Positions 41,882 through 51,237 of a DNA stretch of 64,000 bases are shown piece by piece. Numbering within the stretch: the first letter of the stretch is position 1; every line of letters begins with the position of its first letter. The DNA is from Acidobacteriota bacterium (lineage in GTDB: Bacteria > Acidobacteriota > Vicinamibacteria > Vicinamibacterales > CAVVIG01): the NCBI GenBank assembly GCA_043743165.1, contig JAYTXA010000033.1, positions 4,624 through 68,623 on the forward strand. The letters run 5' to 3'. Below the pieces are notes generated by a model that worked only from the letters and a program-made list of their open reading frames with translations, had not been told where the DNA came from and made no database searches. The position numbers were made by a program, and so were the translations under genes.

Positions 41882-42643
41882 ATGCGTTTCGATGTCGTGA
41901 CCATCTTTCCGGCGATGATCCAGCAGGCGCTCGTCGCCGGCATCGTCGGCCGCGCAATCGAACGCAAGACGCTGAACGTGGTGGTGCACGACCTTCGGGA
42001 CTTCACCACCGACAAGCACCGGGTCGTGGACGACATGCCGTACGGCGGCGGTCCGGGCATGGTGCTGAAGCCGGAGCCGCTCTTCCGGGCACTCGACGCC
42101 ATCGAGCGCCTCGAGGAGAGCAGGCCGACCGTGCTCCTCACCTCCCCGCAGGGGACGCTGCTCACGCAGCGGGTGGTGGAGCGGCTCGGCCAGCACCAGC
42201 GGCTCGTGCTGCTGTGTGGGCGGTACGAAGGGGTCGACGAGCGGGTCCGCTCGCGCGTCGACGAGGAAATCTCGATCGGGGACTACGTGCTGAGCGGCGG
42301 CGAGCTGCCGGCGCTGGTCATCATCGACGCGGTGGCCCGGATGGTGCCGGGGGTCGTGGGCGATGAACAGTCGGTGGCCGAGGATTCATTCGGTCGCGGG
42401 CTGCTCGACTTCCCGCACTACACGCGGCCGGCGGAAATCGCGGCCGGACCCCAGGGGCAGACGCTCAGGGTGCCGGACGTGCTGATGTCAGGGAATCACG
42501 CCGAGATCCGGCGTTGGCGGAAACGGGAGGCGCTGGCGAGAACGCTCGTGAGGCGACCGGAGCTGCTGGCGACCGCGGAACTCGACGACGACGAACGGAA
42601 ACTGCTGCGGGAGCTGAACGCGCGGCAGGATTCACAAGAGTGA
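41882..42643 (+). CDS. trmD: tRNA (guanine37-N1)-methyltransferase
   Basis: [12 protein letters not shown].. ..[17 protein letters not shown].. ..[11 protein letters not shown].. ..[14 protein letters not shown].. Confidence 0.95.
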   Translation: MRFDVVTIFPAMIQQALVAGIVGRAIERKTLNVVVHDLRDFTTDKHRVVDDMPYGGGPGMVLKPEPLFRALDAIERLEESRPTVLLTSPQGTLLTQRVVERLGQHQRLVLLCGRYEGVDERVRSRVDEEISIGDYVLSGGELPALVIIDAVARMVPGVVGDEQSVAEDSFGRGLLDFPHYTRPAEIAAGPQGQTLRVPDVLMSGNHAEIRRWRKREALARTLVRRPELLATAELDDDERKLLRELNARQDSQE

Positions 42644-42696
42644 ACGACGGAGGCGGGCAACCAAGCCGCCTCGCAAGACCCGCGAAGGAGCAGGAC

Positions 42697-43044
42697 ATGG
42701 GCGCGATGGAACTGGTAGAGCAGGGGCAGCTGACGGAGAAGCCGGCCATGAAGTCGGGCGACACCGTCAAGGTGCACGTCAAGGTTCGCGAAGGCGACAA
42801 GGAACGCATCCAGGTGTTCGAGGGTGTGGTCATTGGGCAGCACCGCGGCGGCACGCGCGCGTCCTTCACGGTGCGCAAGGTGTCGTTCGGCCAGGGTGTC
42901 GAGCGTATCTTCCCGCTGCACTCGCCGACGGTCCAGAAGGTCGAAGTGATGCGGTCCGCCAAGGTGCGTCGCGCGAAGCTGTACTACCTGCGCGCACTCA
43001 AGGGCAAGGCCGCCCGCATGAAGGACGCGGCCCGACCGAAGTAG
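42697..43044 (+). CDS. rplS: 50S ribosomal protein L19
   Basis: ORF 42514..43044 trimmed to ATG 42697 (GAAGGAG RBS). ..[27 protein letters not shown].. ..[21 protein letters not shown].. Confidence 0.95.
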   Translation: MGAMELVEQGQLTEKPAMKSGDTVKVHVKVREGDKERIQVFEGVVIGQHRGGTRASFTVRKVSFGQGVERIFPLHSPTVQKVEVMRSAKVRRAKLYYLRALKGKAARMKDAARPK

Positions 43045-43151
43045 GGTTGTCCGTCGGCAGCGCATGAACGCCGGAATGCAGGCATGCAGGAACGTCTGAT
43101 GTCGTTCCGCACGGCTGCGCCCGTCGTTCGTGCGGTGCGGTAGGTGCCCCG

Positions 43152-43775
43152 ATGTCCCGTGTCTCCGCGACGCGCACGCTCGAGAATGCGCTGCGGCGAG
43201 CCGGCTTCCGCCATGTGGCCGGTGTCGACGAGGTGGGACGCGGCTGCCTCGCCGGTCCCGTCATGGCGGGCGCAGTCATCCTCGATCCCGATCGTCACAT
43301 CCCCGGCCTCGCCGACTCCAAGCTGGTGCCTGCGGACGAGCGCGCCGACCTGTACGACGAGATCGTTCGTCACGCCCTCGCCTGGGCGGTGGCCTCCACC
43401 GCACCCCTCGACATCGACCGTCTCAATATCCATCAGGCCTCGCTCGATGCCATGCGCAGGGCGGTAATCGTGCTCAGTCCGCTGCCCGACGTCGTGCTCG
43501 TTGACGCGTTCCGTATTCCCGGTATTGCGATGGAGCAGCGCGGCATCCGCAAGGGCGACCGCCGCTGTGCCGCCATCGCCGCCGCCTCGATCGTTGCCAA
43601 GGTGACGCGCGATCGCCAGATGACCGCGCTACACCTGACCGACCCACGCTACGGGTTCGATCGTCACAAGGGCTACGCCACCGCCGAGCACCTCGCAGCC
43701 ATGGCGCTGCACGGGTACTCCGACGCCCATCGACGCTCGTTCAAGCCCGCCAGCCTGTTTGATACGATCACCTGA
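43152..43775 (+). CDS. rnhB: ribonuclease HII
   Basis: ..VAGVDEVGRGCLAGPVMAGAV.. ..DSKL.. ..ASIVAKVTRD.. ..GYGFDRHKGY.. Confidence 0.93.
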   Translation: MSRVSATRTLENALRRAGFRHVAGVDEVGRGCLAGPVMAGAVILDPDRHIPGLADSKLVPADERADLYDEIVRHALAWAVASTAPLDIDRLNIHQASLDAMRRAVIVLSPLPDVVLVDAFRIPGIAMEQRGIRKGDRRCAAIAAASIVAKVTRDRQMTALHLTDPRYGFDRHKGYATAEHLAAMALHGYSDAHRRSFKPASLFDTIT

Positions 43776-43778
43776 ACC

Positions 43779-45743
43779 GTGTCCATCGATCGCGACGCCG
43801 CCGTCCGTCAAGCGGAGAAGCTGCTGCGCCAGGGGAAACTGGAACAGGCGATCGCGGAGTACCTGCGTCTGGTCGAAGACCAGCCGCGTGACTGGACCAC
43901 GGCAAACCTGCTCGGCGATCTCTACGTGCGCGGCGGACAGGTGGACCACGCGGTTGCGCACTTCGCGCGCATGGCCGAAAGCCTGTACGGCGACGGCTTC
44001 CTCCCCAGGGCCTCGGCGCTCTACAAGAAGATCCTGAAGCTGCAGCCGGACGCCGACCACGCCCTGCTCCGGGCCGGTGAGCTTGCAGCGCAGCAGGGGT
44101 TGCTGGCCGATGCGCGTGCCTTCTTCGCAACTGCCGCCACCGGCCGCCGCCATCGCGGCGACGCGCGCGGTGCGCTCGACATCACCGTCAGGCTCGGCGC
44201 GCTCGATCCGGCCGATGTCCCTGCGCGGCTCGACGCGGCGCGGGCGCGCGTCGAACTGGGCGACGCGCCAGGAGCGCTGCACGAGTACACGGCCCTCGCC
44301 TCGTGGCTCACGGAGCAGGCGCGCGACTCCGACGCCGTCGCCCCCCTGCGCGCCGTGCTCGATCTCGATCCTGGCAGTGCGGCTGCTGCACGCGACCTCG
44401 CCCGCATCCTCGTGTCGGCCGGGCGCTTCGACGAGGCAGCGCCGTACTTGACACCAGGGAACATCGGTTCCGATCCCACCCTGATCAGACTCACCGCGCA
44501 GCTCCGGCTCGAACAGGGCGACATGGCCGCCGGACTCGAACTGGTCGACCGCCTCCTCATCGGCGACGATGAGGCGCCGGTGGTGGTGGCGGAGATGGTC
44601 GAGTTGCTGGCTGCCGCGCGGCCCGAGAGCGCCTGGGTGCTGACGGAGCGACTCGTCGGGGCGAGCGTGGAGCGCGCGGACTGGACGGGAGCCGCCGCCG
44701 CGCTGCGTCGATTCATTGCCCGCGTCCCCCACCACGTGCCGTCGCTCACCCGCCTGCTCGACGTGTGTGTGGATGGCGACCTGGCCGGCGAGGTGCTCAC
44801 GGCGCAGGCGCTGCTTGCCGACGCCTACCTTGCGGCCGGTGCCGCGGGAGAAGCCAAGTACGTCGCCGAAGATCTGCTGACGCGCCAGCCGTGGGACCGC
44901 GCGCACTACGCCCGCATGCGGGCCGCCCTGAAAGCTGAGGGACAGACGGATCCCGACCGTGCGCTGGCCGACTGGCTGGCCGCGACACCCGAGTTCGGCA
45001 TGGGCGACGCCGCGCTGTTCGAGGCGTCCGACGCCGCCGACCTGCCGGACGCGGCAGTGCAGATCGCGGCGGTGCCTCAGCTGCCCGACCCGGCGCCCGC
45101 TCCTGCAGTGCAGCCCGCACCGGCGAACGACCGTCGAAACCCGCACGCGATCAACCTCGACCTGGTGCTCGGCACGCCGCGGCCTCTGTCGTCGTCCCCT
45201 GTCGAAGAGGACCTGAGCGTTGTGCTCGATGGCATCCGCCCCTCACCGCCAGTGCCCGTGGGTCTGGGGCCGGCCTCACCGGCGGCTTGCCAGTCCGCCG
45301 AATCGGCCGACCTCGATTCGGTGTTCGCGATGATGCGTGACGAAGCGCTGCATCGTCCGCTCGATGAGGCGACTGACGTGGCGTTCACGCGCGGGGCCGC
45401 GATGGTGGAGGCCGGTGAACTCGAGCAGTGCGTCGAGCCGTTGCGCATGGCCGCTCGGTCGCCACGCCGGCGGTTTGCGGCCGCCACGCTGCTCGCGCAG
45501 GTGTTCGAGCGCCAGCAGCGCAGGGACGAGGCCATCGAGTGGCTCGGCCACGCCGTCGATACGCCTGGGCTGACCGGCACGGACCGGTTCGACACACTGC
45601 TGCGCATGGCCGAGCTGCTGGAACAGACGGGCGAGCCGGCCAGTGCTCTGGCGGTTTGCCTGGAACTTCACGCCGACGCCGGCAACTACAAGGATCTGTC
45701 CGTCCGGATCGCGCGGCTATCGCGCGCGCAGGCGGGAGGGTAG
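43779..45743 (+). CDS. tetratricopeptide repeat protein (654 aa)
   Basis: Repeated TPR-like helices (..AEKLLRQGKLEQAIAEYLRLVEDQPRDW.., ..ALYKKILKLQPDADHALLRAGELAAQQG.., C-terminal ..ATLLAQVFERQQRRDEAIEWL..). GTG start 3 nt after rnhB. Confidence 0.75.
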   Translation: MSIDRDAAVRQAEKLLRQGKLEQAIAEYLRLVEDQPRDWTTANLLGDLYVRGGQVDHAVAHFARMAESLYGDGFLPRASALYKKILKLQPDADHALLRAGELAAQQGLLADARAFFATAATGRRHRGDARGALDITVRLGALDPADVPARLDAARARVELGDAPGALHEYTALASWLTEQARDSDAVAPLRAVLDLDPGSAAAARDLARILVSAGRFDEAAPYLTPGNIGSDPTLIRLTAQLRLEQGDMAAGLELVDRLLIGDDEAPVVVAEMVELLAAARPESAWVLTERLVGASVERADWTGAAAALRRFIARVPHHVPSLTRLLDVCVDGDLAGEVLTAQALLADAYLAAGAAGEAKYVAEDLLTRQPWDRAHYARMRAALKAEGQTDPDRALADWLAATPEFGMGDAALFEASDAADLPDAAVQIAAVPQLPDPAPAPAVQPAPANDRRNPHAINLDLVLGTPRPLSSSPVEEDLSVVLDGIRPSPPVPVGLGPASPAACQSAESADLDSVFAMMRDEALHRPLDEATDVAFTRGAAMVEAGELEQCVEPLRMAARSPRRRFAAATLLAQVFERQQRRDEAIEWLGHAVDTPGLTGTDRFDTLLRMAELLEQTGEPASALAVCLELHADAGNYKDLSVRIARLSRAQAGG

Positions 45744-45768
45744 GAACCTGCTGACGCGCCTGCTGCTC

Positions 45769-45975
45769 GTGGTCTTCTTCATCGAAGTCGGGTTGTTGCT
45801 CATCGTCCTGCCGTGGTCGGGATTCTGGGAGCGCAACTACTTCATCTACTCGCTGCCGTTTCTCGAACCGCTGTTCCTGAGCGCGTATGTGCGCGGCGGT
45901 GTCACCGGCATCGGCCTCCTCAACCTCGTGGCCGGCTTTGGCGAGATGAGCGCCGTCTTCGGACCGCGTTCGTGA
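45769..45975 (+). CDS. hypothetical small two-TM membrane protein
   Basis: ..VVFFIEVGLLLIVLPWSGFWERNYF..VTGIGLLNLVAGFGEMSAVFG. The stop overlaps the thiE GTG (GTGA). The start is ambiguous: GTG 45769, CTG 45748 after GGGAGGG, or ATG 45643 inside the TPR gene. Confidence 0.45.
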   Translation: MVFFIEVGLLLIVLPWSGFWERNYFIYSLPFLEPLFLSAYVRGGVTGIGLLNLVAGFGEMSAVFGPRS

Positions 45976-46649
45976 TCCTGTACCTCGTCACCGATCGCCG
46001 CCGGCTCGCGCCGGGCGCGAGTGACGAGGAGGCCGTCCGGTGTCTGCTCGAACAGGTTCGTCATGCGGTCGAGGCGGGCCTGGACATCGTCCAGGTGCGA
46101 GAGCGCGACCTGGATGGGCGCGCGCTCGCAGCGGTCGTGTCGCAGGCGCTGGCCCTGACGCGCGGAACGCCGACGCGGCTCGTTGTCAATGAACGGCTCG
46201 ATGTGGCGCTGGCGTGCGGCGCCGACGGCGTGCACCTGCGTGGGCAGTCGTTCGGGGCGGCGAGCGTGCGCGCCCTCGCAGGGCGAAGCTTCCTTATTGG
46301 CCGGTCGGTGCGGTCAGCCGACGAGGCGCGTGCGGCGGGGCCGGTCGACTATCTGATAGCGGGCACGGTATGGCCCAGCGAGTCGAAGCCTGAGGGCCAT
46401 CCGCTGCTCGGCACCGGCGGGTTGCGCCAGCTGGTCGAGGCCGCGAGCGTGCCTGTGCTGGCCATCGGCGGCATCGACGTGAGCCGGCTCGAGGCCGTCG
46501 CGGGCACTGGTGCGGCGGGGGTTGCCGCCATCGGCGCATGGATGAGTGACAGGGCCGGTTGTCGCGCGGCCGGGTTGCACGCCGTAGCACGAACGTTCCG
46601 TGGCGGGCGCGACCTTGCTAACATGGACGTTCGACTCCCACACAGTTGA
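45972..46649 (+). CDS. thiE: thiamine-phosphate synthase
   Basis: ORF 45813..46649 trimmed to GTG 45972. VILYLVTDRR.. ..DIVQVRERDL.. ..VNERLDVALACGADGVHL.. ..LAIGGI.. Confidence 0.88.
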   Translation: MILYLVTDRRRLAPGASDEEAVRCLLEQVRHAVEAGLDIVQVRERDLDGRALAAVVSQALALTRGTPTRLVVNERLDVALACGADGVHLRGQSFGAASVRALAGRSFLIGRSVRSADEARAAGPVDYLIAGTVWPSESKPEGHPLLGTGGLRQLVEAASVPVLAIGGIDVSRLEAVAGTGAAGVAAIGAWMSDRAGCRAAGLHAVARTFRGGRDLANMDVRLPHS

Positions 46650-47377
46650 TGGCCGCTGAACGACAGACCGGAGATTTCGGGGCGAAGCTTCGCGAGGCAC
46701 GCGAGCGGCGAGGGCTGTCGCTGCGCGTGATCGCCGACGCCACGAAGATCTCGGTGCGTGCGCTCGAGGCGCTCGAGAAGAACAACATTGCGCAGCTGCC
46801 AGGCGGAATCTTCAGCCGCGCGTTCGTCCGTGCCTACGCCGTCGAGGTCGGCCTCGATCCCGAGCAGACCATTGCCGAGTTCATCACGCGGTTCCCTGTC
46901 GAGACCGTGACGCAGGGGCATCCGCGCACGCGCGCCATCGTCGATGAACTGGAAGCGGACGCGCGCCGTGGCGGATGGTCGCCGATGACGAAGGCCGCGC
47001 TCGTGGCGGTGCCGGCCGTTGCCCTGGCCGTCTACTTCGCCGTGGCGGGCCGCCAGGCCGCGCCCGTACCGGTGCAGACCGTTACGGCGGCCGCGCCGGC
47101 GCCGGCCAGCACGCGTGTCTCCGCGCCGACGCTCGAGATTGCCCTGCAGGCGCTTCGCGCCACCACAGTGACCGTGTCGCTGGACGGCGGACCGTCCACC
47201 ACCATCGCCATCGACTCCGGTTCCATGCGCACGCTAGTGGCTGTCAGCCAATTGGATATCACTCCCACCGACCCGGTCGCGCTGCAGTGGTTCGTGAACG
47301 GCCGGCCGGCGCGGCCGATGACTGGCGCGGTGCATGTGACCGCCGCCACGGCCCAGAACTTCCTGGTCGCCCAGTGA
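46646..47377 (+). CDS. RodZ-like cytoskeleton protein (XRE-type HTH + TM + DUF4115-like C-terminus)
   Basis: ..FGAKLREARERRGLSLRVIADATKISVRALEALE..GGIFSRAFVRAYA.. TM ALVAVPAVALAVYFAV. Confidence 0.8.
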   Translation: MMAAERQTGDFGAKLREARERRGLSLRVIADATKISVRALEALEKNNIAQLPGGIFSRAFVRAYAVEVGLDPEQTIAEFITRFPVETVTQGHPRTRAIVDELEADARRGGWSPMTKAALVAVPAVALAVYFAVAGRQAAPVPVQTVTAAAPAPASTRVSAPTLEIALQALRATTVTVSLDGGPSTTIAIDSGSMRTLVAVSQLDITPTDPVALQWFVNGRPARPMTGAVHVTAATAQNFLVAQ

Positions 47378-48153
47378 GCAGTCCGGCGCCGCTGCTGGAC
47401 TTCTTCCGTCGCGGCGAAGCGGCGCGCGATGTTCGCCTGCTGGCCGCGCAAGGCGTGCTGGCACCGCGTGCGCACGAGCAAGTGGCCATTCTCGTGCTGC
47501 TGGTCGACGACAAGGACCCCGAGGTGCGTCAGACCGCGCTGGCCACGATCGAACGGCTCCCGGTCGAAGCGTTGCGCGCCTACCTTGGGCGTTCTGATGT
47601 GCCGGTCGGCATCCGCGAGTTCTTCGGCGACCGGGGCGTATTCCCGGCGGAGATTCCGCTCATCACGGCCGACGACCCGCTGTTCGACGTCTCGGGTGAC
47701 GACGTGGATGTTCTTGCCCTCGAGGCGGACGGCGACCCGTCGCAAACGCTGCTGCAGAAACTGCAGAAGATGGACATCCCCGGGCGCCTGAAGGCGGCCA
47801 TGCGCGGGTCGCGCGAGGTGCGGGCGGTGCTGGTGCGCGATCCGAACAAGATCATTGCCGCGGCCGTGCTGAGCAGCCCGAAAGTGACAGATTCTGAAGT
47901 CGAGGGCTTCGCGAAGATGGCCACCGTGTCGGAGGATGTGCTTCGCACCATCGGCATGAATCGCGCCTGGCTGAAGAACTACGCCGTGGTGCTGGCACTC
48001 ACGAAGAATCCGAAGTGCCCGGTTGGCGTGTCGCTGAACCTGCTGAACCGGCTGAACGAGCGCGACCTGACCGGTGTCTCGACCGACCGCAACATCCCCG
48101 ATCCGCTTCGCACCGCCGCGCGGCGCAAGGTTGTGCTCGGCGAGAAGCGCTGA
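47374..48153 (+). CDS. hypothetical protein, helical (HEAT/ARM-like) repeats
   Basis: ORF 46975..48153 trimmed to GTG 47374 (GTGA overlap with the upstream gene). ..VRLLAAQGVLAPRAHEQVAILVLLVDDKDPEVRQTALATIERLP.. Family not recognised. Confidence 0.65.
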   Translation: MSSPAPLLDFFRRGEAARDVRLLAAQGVLAPRAHEQVAILVLLVDDKDPEVRQTALATIERLPVEALRAYLGRSDVPVGIREFFGDRGVFPAEIPLITADDPLFDVSGDDVDVLALEADGDPSQTLLQKLQKMDIPGRLKAAMRGSREVRAVLVRDPNKIIAAAVLSSPKVTDSEVEGFAKMATVSEDVLRTIGMNRAWLKNYAVVLALTKNPKCPVGVSLNLLNRLNERDLTGVSTDRNIPDPLRTAARRKVVLGEKR

Positions 48154-48156
48154 GCC

Positions 48157-48525
48157 TCAGCCCTTCTTCTGCGGGCCGCCGGCCGCCTTCGGCATCGGAC
48201 GCCGTGCCGCGGGTCTCGTAGCCCCAGCCTTCTTCGCCGCAGGTGTCTTCGCGCCGGTGGCGCCCGGCTTCGGCCGGCTCCTGCCCGGCGCTCCCGCCTT
48301 GCGTGCACCCGTTGGGGCGCTGGCACGCGACCAGTCTTTCGCCATTTCGGCGAGCCCCTCCATGTACACCGTCGCGCGCTCGCGCTCGTCCTCGCTCGCC
48401 ATCGACTTCAGCAGGTCGAGCGCCCTGGTCAGGTCGCCCTGGATCGACTGCCTGCTCGTCGCAAAGTAGAGCCGGCGGATTTCGGTGAGCTTGTCGTCGG
48501 CGGAGAGCATCTTGAGTTGGGTCAT
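48157..48525 (-). CDS. hypothetical small protein with Ala/Lys/Pro-rich basic C-terminal tail
   Basis: ORF 48157..48600 trimmed to ATG 48525, which overlaps the polX stop (ATGA). MTQLKMLSADDKLTEIRRLYF.. Tail ..PKPGATGAKTPAAKKAGATRPAARRPMPKAAGGPQKKG. Confidence 0.55.
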   Translation of the reverse strand: MTQLKMLSADDKLTEIRRLYFATSRQSIQGDLTRALDLLKSMASEDERERATVYMEGLAEMAKDWSRASAPTGARKAGAPGRSRPKPGATGAKTPAAKKAGATRPAARRPMPKAAGGPQKKG

Positions 48526-50276
48526 CGCTGGTTCCTGCGGAGATGCGAACGGAATTCGTCGAACGGCCTGGTGTTGAGGACATCGCCGGCCGTGAGCCAC
48601 GCGCGGCGTGCCTGTACGACGCCCCAGCGGGTCACCTGGAGCGCGTTCTGCGAGTGCGCATCGCTCGAGATGATAAGGCGGACGCCCCGATCACGCGCCA
48701 GCCTCGCGTGCGCGTCGTTCAGGTCGAGCCGATCGACCTGGCTGTTGATTTCGAGCGCCACGTGGTGACGAGCCGCCGCGTCGATGACGGCCTCGACGTC
48801 CACCGCGAACGGCGCCCGTTTCAGCAGGAGACGCCCGGTCGGGTGGCCGATGACATCGACGTGCGGGTTCTCGATGGCCCGGATGATGCGGTCGGTCATC
48901 TGCTGGCGATCGAGGTGGAAGGCCGAGTGGACCGAGGCAATGACGAGGTCGAGCGCCGCCAGGCAGTCGTCGGCGAGGTCCATGGTGCCGTCGGTCAAAA
49001 TGTCGCACTCGATGCCGGCGAGCAACCGGACGCCGTGCCGGCCGTCCTCGGCGCGCACCCGCGCGGCATGGGCCAGCGCACGTGCTTCGTCGAGCCCGTT
49101 GGCCATCGCCAGCGCCTTGCTGTGGTCGGTAATCGCGATGTAATCGAGGCCGCGGTCGCGCGCCGCCTGGGCCATCTCCACAATGCTGTGGCGACCGTCG
49201 GTTTCGGTCGTGTGCATGTGCAGGTCGCCACGGAGGTCTGCCTGCTCGACGAGCCTGGGCACGCGGCGTTCGGCAGCGATGTCGAACTCGCCGCGGTCCT
49301 CACGCAGCTCGGGCGGAATCCAGGCCAGGCCGAGCGCTTCGTAGATCCCCTCTTCGGTCGGTCCGGCCACGCGCGCATCGTCCTCGAGTCGGAACAGCCC
49401 GTACTCGTTCAGCTTCAGGTCGCGTGCCATGGCCCGATCGCGCAGCACGATGTTGTGCGCCTTCGAGCCGGTGAAGTACTGCATCGCGGCGCCGCGGCTC
49501 TCGAGCGAGACAATGCGCAGATCCACCTGGAAGCCGCCCCAGATGCGCACGCTGCTCTTGGTGTCGCCCTGTCCGAGTACCCGCTCGACCAGCGTGTACT
49601 CGACGAACCGCTGCATGAGTGACAGGTCGACGCCGGTGGCGAGGATGTCGATGTCGCCGCACGTGTCCTGTCCGCGCCGCAGGCTGCCGACCGCCTCGAT
49701 CTGTGCCTCTGGCGCGTGCGCGGTCAGGTACGCGATGTAGGCCACGGCGGCCTCATGTGCGTCGGGCAGCAGGTGCCGGCTGCCATGCTGGCGCCGCTCC
49801 TCGATCGCCTTCAGAATGAGCGCTTCCTTCTTGGGCCCCATGCCCTTGAGGGCGCGCACGCGGCCGTCCGTGGCGGCGCGCTCGAGTTCCTCCAGCGTCT
49901 TCACGCCGAGTTCGCGGTAGAGCGTGGAGACGGTCTTCGGGCCGACGCCCTGCAGGCGCAGCAGGTCGAGGATGGTGGGCGGGAACTCGGCCAGCAGTTC
50001 CTGGTGGAACGTCGTATCGCCCGTGTCCGCAATCTCGCGGATGCGCGCGGCGAGGTCCTTGCCGATGCCCGGGATCTCCTGCAACCCCCTGGCGTCGAGC
50101 GAGGCGACGTGATGCGGATGGTTGGCGACGATGTCGGCGCCGTTGCGATACGCGCGGATCTTGAACGGGTTCTCGCTCTTGATCTCGAGCAGGTCGGCGA
50201 TTTCGCCGAGGATGCGCGCGACGCCGACGTTATCCAACCCGGAGTCCCTCGCGCTCGATGCGGAAGTCGAGCACAC
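48522..50276 (-). CDS. polX: DNA polymerase/3'-5' exonuclease PolX (Pol-beta-like domain + PHP domain)
   Basis: ..IADLLEIKSENPFKIRAYRNGA.. HhH motifs ..IPGIGKDLA.. ..LQGVGPKT.. PHP ..GDLHMHTTETDG.. ..SSDAH.. Start at GTG 50276 or TTG 50237. Confidence 0.92.
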   Translation of the reverse strand: MCSTSASSARDSGLDNVGVARILGEIADLLEIKSENPFKIRAYRNGADIVANHPHHVASLDARGLQEIPGIGKDLAARIREIADTGDTTFHQELLAEFPPTILDLLRLQGVGPKTVSTLYRELGVKTLEELERAATDGRVRALKGMGPKKEALILKAIEERRQHGSRHLLPDAHEAAVAYIAYLTAHAPEAQIEAVGSLRRGQDTCGDIDILATGVDLSLMQRFVEYTLVERVLGQGDTKSSVRIWGGFQVDLRIVSLESRGAAMQYFTGSKAHNIVLRDRAMARDLKLNEYGLFRLEDDARVAGPTEEGIYEALGLAWIPPELREDRGEFDIAAERRVPRLVEQADLRGDLHMHTTETDGRHSIVEMAQAARDRGLDYIAITDHSKALAMANGLDEARALAHAARVRAEDGRHGVRLLAGIECDILTDGTMDLADDCLAALDLVIASVHSAFHLDRQQMTDRIIRAIENPHVDVIGHPTGRLLLKRAPFAVDVEAVIDAAARHHVALEINSQVDRLDLNDAHARLARDRGVRLIISSDAHSQNALQVTRWGVVQARRAWLTAGDVLNTRPFDEFRSHLRRNQR

Positions 50277-51216
50277 GTGCGCCCGCCGTGGCCAGCGCTT
50301 CGGCGATGCGTCCGCGCGCCGCAGGCGGCCCGTAGCAGATGAGGCACCCGCCGCCGCCCGCGCCGCACACCTTCGCGGCGGTGGCGCCAGCCGCCGACGC
50401 CTGCGCCATCAGGCTGTCGATGGCCGGAGTGGTGACGCCGGGCGCCAGGCGCTTGCGGTTGTCCCACTCGGTGGCGATGTGACGGCCGACCGCGTCCCAG
50501 TCGCCGCGCTCCAGCGCGCCGCGCATGGCGGACGCGGTGTCGCGAATGCGCTCGAAGCAGTCGAAGAGATGCGGGTCGCCGTCGATGTGCCGCTTGGTGA
50601 TCTCCCAGTTGTTGGTGCCCGAGTTGCGCGGCTCGCCGGTGTAGGCCAGCACCACGCGCTGCTCGAGTTCGGCCGGGTCGACGTCGAGCGCGTGCCGATG
50701 GATGCCGTCGACACCCAGGTCGATCGCCGCGATGCCGCCGTACAGCGCAGGCCGGTAGTCCTGCACGCCGGTCGGCACCCGAATGGTCTGGCACTCGACG
50801 TTCATCGCCACCTGCAGCAGGTCGGCTGGGGCGTCGGCGCGTCCGGTCCAGCGGGCCAGTGCACCGCACACCGCGATGGTGAGGGCCGAGGAGCCGGCGA
50901 TGCCGGCGCCGGCCGGCGATTCGCCTCGGGTGGTGAGGGTCGTGTTCTCGAGACGGTAGTGCCGCGCGAGCAGGGCGAGTAGCGGCAGTTCACTGGTGGC
51001 GCCGAGGTCCGACCAGCTGGCGGCATACGTGCGGCGGCCCGTGTCGATCGACACCAGTTCGACGCCGCCTGCCGGTCGCGACTCGACCTGGACATGCGCG
51101 CGGAGGCTGATGGCCGCATTCAGCGTCGACGCGCCGCCATGGAACAGATACAGCGGCCAGATGTCGATGGTGCCGCCGGCGAGGTCGATGCGTGTGGGCG
51201 CCGAAGAGGTGAGCAC
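50230..51216 (-). CDS. GHMP-family sugar kinase (HddA/fucokinase-like)
   Basis: MLTSSAPTRIDLAGGTIDIWPLY.. GHMP motif ..ESPAGAGIAGSSALTIAV.. C-terminal ..KVCGAGGGGCL.. GTG start at 51216. Confidence 0.85.
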   Translation of the reverse strand: MLTSSAPTRIDLAGGTIDIWPLYLFHGGASTLNAAISLRAHVQVESRPAGGVELVSIDTGRRTYAASWSDLGATSELPLLALLARHYRLENTTLTTRGESPAGAGIAGSSALTIAVCGALARWTGRADAPADLLQVAMNVECQTIRVPTGVQDYRPALYGGIAAIDLGVDGIHRHALDVDPAELEQRVVLAYTGEPRNSGTNNWEITKRHIDGDPHLFDCFERIRDTASAMRGALERGDWDAVGRHIATEWDNRKRLAPGVTTPAIDSLMAQASAAGATAAKVCGAGGGGCLICYGPPAARGRIAEALATAGARVLDFRIEREGLRVG

Positions 51217-51225
51217 GCCCGAATT

Positions 51226-51237
51226 ATATAGGGTTAA
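51226..51237 (+). repeat. left copy of the 12-bp direct repeat ATATAGGGTTAA
   Basis: Read directly. 10 nt from the kinase start codon. Confidence 0.9.

Noticed and set aside
43629-45146. 505-aa minus-strand ORF
   Set aside because: Antisense to rnhB and the TPR gene. Shadow ORF.
45744-45971. Possible TPP riboswitch upstream of thiE (and FMN riboswitch upstream of ribD at about 36100-36250)
   Set aside because: The conserved cores (CUGAGA..ACCUGA for TPP, the FMN aptamer helices) were not found by eye. Both regions are coding. A covariance-model scan would be decisive.
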